DNA from: Arcobacter sp.
Lineage (GTDB): Bacteria > Campylobacterota > Campylobacteria > Campylobacterales > Arcobacteraceae
Direction: 5' to 3'
NCBI GenBank assembly: GCA_002685075.1
Contig: NYWO01000159.1
Location: forward strand, 107-64,106
Length of the DNA stretch: 64,000 bases
Shown: positions 61,355 to 64,000 of the stretch, one piece after another
How the letters are laid out: each line of letters starts with the position of its first letter
How positions within the stretch are numbered: position 1 is the first letter of the stretch
Program-made: the position numbers and the translations under genes
The notes under the pieces: model-generated
Databases searched by the model: none
Told to the model about the DNA's origin: nothing
What the model saw: the letters and a program-made list of their open reading frames with translations, nothing else

Positions 61355-62961
61355 TATTTATTTCTATTTTCATAAGGTTTTTTAGTTGTTAATCTACTAT
61401 CAACTAATCCACGTCCAATTGTAAAGTGATAAAGTGTTTGAAATTGACTTGATTTTAAACCAATAGTATCATGAAGAATATCATCTAAGAAACATCCAAT
61501 ACCAGTTGCTGATAAGTTTAGTGAAGTTGCTTCTAGGTAAAGTTGCTGTCCAATTGCTCCACAATCCCAATATAGATGCTTATACTTAGAAGAACCATAT
61601 TGTTCTATTTGATTTGCAAATTCTGCAAGCATTCCTAAAGTAAATGCTCCATGACTTGCTATATCTTGATTACAAGAAATTGCTTTTGCTAAAAATTTAA
61701 AATCGCCACTTTGAAGTTTATATAATTCACCTGCTTTTGTATCTATCTTTTCCCATAAAAATTCATCTTTTAGTAAAGTTTGTAGTTTACTTTTATGCTC
61801 CTTATTTCGAATTAGTATATAAAGACCAGCTTCAAGTTCCTCAACACTATGAACAAAAAGTACTAAGTTAATATTTGAACTATCACATTTAACAGAAGCT
61901 AGGATTGTTTCAAACTCTTTTTTAGAAATTGTACAATCATCTTTGTTCATAACTTGTGCTGAACGTCTTTTTAAAACTATATCTTTTGCTAAAGCTGTCG
62001 GTTTTCTATATGGATTTAACTCATACTTGTCGTTGACATATTTTTTTATATCTAATTCATCACTTAGTGTTGCATCTTCGATTTTTTCTAAAATATCCCA
62101 TTTATGCCAGCTTAGACTTAATTGATTTGTTTTTCCTTCATACTTTTCTTGAAGTTTTTGTCTTAAAAGTGAAATATCTATATCTTGATTAGAAGAAATA
62201 GAATTTTCGTCTTTAGATACAAGAATCAACATATCAGCTAATTCACGCTCCTCAGGAACATATCTACTACTTTGATTAAAACCAATTAAATCTTCAAGTT
62301 GCGAATCCTTTGTATTTAAAACTTCTATTTTCCAACCTAAAATTAAAGCAGAAATCTCTAAAGCTTTTAGTGCATGTCCACAATCAAGTTGAGTATATCT
62401 CCAAGATCTTTCCCCATATTTCCATGCTTCTCTCCATACAATTGAAGATAAACAAAGTAGAAAACTATTTTCTGGTAAGTTTAGATTTTCTTTTGATAAA
62501 CTTAAAAGTTCTAATTCATGCTCTTTAGGAGAATAGTGATGCAAACCATCTTTGATTCCTTGTATGTCATTTGCTAAGATATATGCTTCACTTGGTTGTA
62601 AGTTTCCACTTGATGCATTACATCTTAAAGCCCATGATTGAGTTTCATACTCTTTTATAGCAGCAAGTCCTAGTGAGAACTGGAAAAATTGTGATATTGA
62701 TTCAAGACATAAAGGTGCTGAAAGTTTATTTTCTTTTTTGTCATTCTCTTGTGTGAAAATTTGACTATATTCTAAAGTATTGTTATCAAATGATAAAGGT
62801 AAATTTGTTTTTATTGTATTGTTATATGTTCTATATGGATCTGGTTGTGTTGCCCAATCCATATAACCTAAAGACCTTGCGTATCTTTGTTGCGAGTGTT
62901 TTGTTTCATTATGATAGGTATAAACCATTTGTAATTTATTATTCATTGTGTATAGTAGCAC
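61354..62961 (-). CDS. SagB/ThcOx-like tandem nitroreductase-domain protein
   Basis: YHNETKH, LRCNASSGNL, WKYGERSWRY, RRSA and GIGCFLDD motifs. Confidence 0.85.
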   Translation of the reverse strand: MLLYTMNNKLQMVYTYHNETKHSQQRYARSLGYMDWATQPDPYRTYNNTIKTNLPLSFDNNTLEYSQIFTQENDKKENKLSAPLCLESISQFFQFSLGLAAIKEYETQSWALRCNASSGNLQPSEAYILANDIQGIKDGLHHYSPKEHELELLSLSKENLNLPENSFLLCLSSIVWREAWKYGERSWRYTQLDCGHALKALEISALILGWKIEVLNTKDSQLEDLIGFNQSSRYVPEERELADMLILVSKDENSISSNQDIDISLLRQKLQEKYEGKTNQLSLSWHKWDILEKIEDATLSDELDIKKYVNDKYELNPYRKPTALAKDIVLKRRSAQVMNKDDCTISKKEFETILASVKCDSSNINLVLFVHSVEELEAGLYILIRNKEHKSKLQTLLKDEFLWEKIDTKAGELYKLQSGDFKFLAKAISCNQDIASHGAFTLGMLAEFANQIEQYGSSKYKHLYWDCGAIGQQLYLEATSLNLSATGIGCFLDDILHDTIGLKSSQFQTLYHFTIGRGLVDSRLTTKKPYENRNK

Positions 62962-63042
62962 AGAAGATTTAATAAATCATTAAATAAAAATATTTTAGAT
63001 ATCATACTAAAAATAAAAAAAGTATATAAATATAGGTAAAAA

Positions 63043-63738
63043 ATGAAAGAAAAAATATATTTAATCCCAGGTCTTATGACTGATGAGAGACTTTGGAGTA
63101 GAATTAAACCTTTTTTAGAGGAATATGAATTAGTACATGTTCCTATTCCACATAGTGAAGACTTTGATGAGATTCTTGATATATTATTAGATATCTTTAA
63201 AGAAGAGAAAGTAAATCTTTTAGGTTTCTCATTAGGTGGGTATATAGCTTCTTACTTTGCAGTTACATATCCACATAGAGTAAACAAACTATTTATGGTA
63301 GCAGCAACTCCAGGAGCTTCTGAAGAAGCTGAGATTGAAAGAAGAAGAGAAAAGTTTGCTGTAATAGAAAAAGAAGGCTTTAAAGGCTTACCTTATGAAA
63401 AAGCAGTAACACTTGTAGAAGAGCAAAACAAAGATGATATTGAACTAATTAAGACAATTCAAGATATGTTTATGGACTTGGGAAAAGAGACTTTTATTAC
63501 TCAACTTACAAGTACCTTTAATAGAGTAGATTTACTTGAGGACTTAGTTGGACTAAAATTAAATATATGGTTTTACTATAGTACAAAAGATAGATTGTTA
63601 AATCATAAGTCAATGGAAAAACTACAAAAAATAGAACATAATATGACTTTAATCTCGCGTGAGGGAACTAGTCATAATATTCCACTTGAAGTTCCAAAAG
63701 AGTTAAGTACTAAGATAAAAGAGTGGATAAGCAAATAG
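63043..63738 (+). CDS. Alpha/beta hydrolase
   Basis: IPGLM.D..LW, GFSLGG nucleophile elbow and SHNIPLE motifs. Confidence 0.88.
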   Translation: MKEKIYLIPGLMTDERLWSRIKPFLEEYELVHVPIPHSEDFDEILDILLDIFKEEKVNLLGFSLGGYIASYFAVTYPHRVNKLFMVAATPGASEEAEIERRREKFAVIEKEGFKGLPYEKAVTLVEEQNKDDIELIKTIQDMFMDLGKETFITQLTSTFNRVDLLEDLVGLKLNIWFYYSTKDRLLNHKSMEKLQKIEHNMTLISREGTSHNIPLEVPKELSTKIKEWISK

Positions 63739-63758
63739 AAAAAGAAATAAATCTGCAA

Positions 63759-64000
63759 ATGAAAAAACTCTTAGTAATAGGTTACGTATGGCCTGAACCA
63801 AAATCCTCTGCAGCTGGAACTCATATAATGTCAATAATGAGGCTATTTAAAGCAAATAACTATAAAGTAGAGTTTTGTACACCTTGTGCTATATCAGAGC
63901 ATAGTATTAATTTAAATGATGAAGGAATTAGCTCCTCAAGTATAGAGTTAAACTCTGATAGTTTTGATTTGTATGTAAAAGAGTATAATCCTGATATTGT
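63759..64000 (+). CDS. Glycosyltransferase (partial, runs off window)
   Basis: MKKLLVIGYVWPEPKSSAAG N-terminal motif. Confidence 0.7.
   Translation, partial: MKKLLVIGYVWPEPKSSAAGTHIMSIMRLFKANNYKVEFCTPCAISEHSINLNDEGISSSSIELNSDSFDLYVKEYNPDI

Noticed and set aside
61354-62961. SagB-like gene as part of a RiPP cluster
   Set aside because: No YcaO, precursor peptide or transporter nearby; stand-alone members are common
1458-62972. Short antisense or overlapping ORFs in the track (e.g. 1458-1709, 5994-6371, 13170-13484, 31427-31765, 37513-37794, 41080-41433)
   Set aside because: Shadows of real genes with no motifs or RBS

Overview
AT-rich chromosomal segment of a Campylobacterota bacterium, probably Arcobacteraceae (inferred from gene content and order). 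The backbone is housekeeping: rny, rsmD, an ABC-F, an aminotransferase, nadB, nhaD, guaA and thiD. Two small tyrosine-integrase islands interrupt it, both inserted into protein-coding genes. Island 1 (~5.83-12.77 kb) sits in the 3' end of a TIGR02757 gene. It carries an integrase with a premature stop, an HTH/AbiEii-type pair, IS256 debris, an HsdM relic, and an intact pair of a 430-aa unknown plus a Zn-ribbon/class III nucleotidyl cyclase, which is the best candidate for an undescribed defence system. Island 2 (~32.07-36.94 kb) sits in the 5' end of the ABC-F gene. It carries a YejK/NdpA-like nucleoid protein, a membrane protein, and an integrase split at an A9 tract. Between the islands is a ~15-kb photo-oxidative stress cluster (photolyase, furan-fatty-acid-like ufaMDO genes, lipocalins) with a LytS/LytTR pair. 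Its four promoters share a motif, and its DUF2237 gene has an in-frame TGA at a conserved Cys (possible selenoprotein). No tRNA, rRNA or CRISPR array was seen. All family calls come from motif recognition; no database searches were run.
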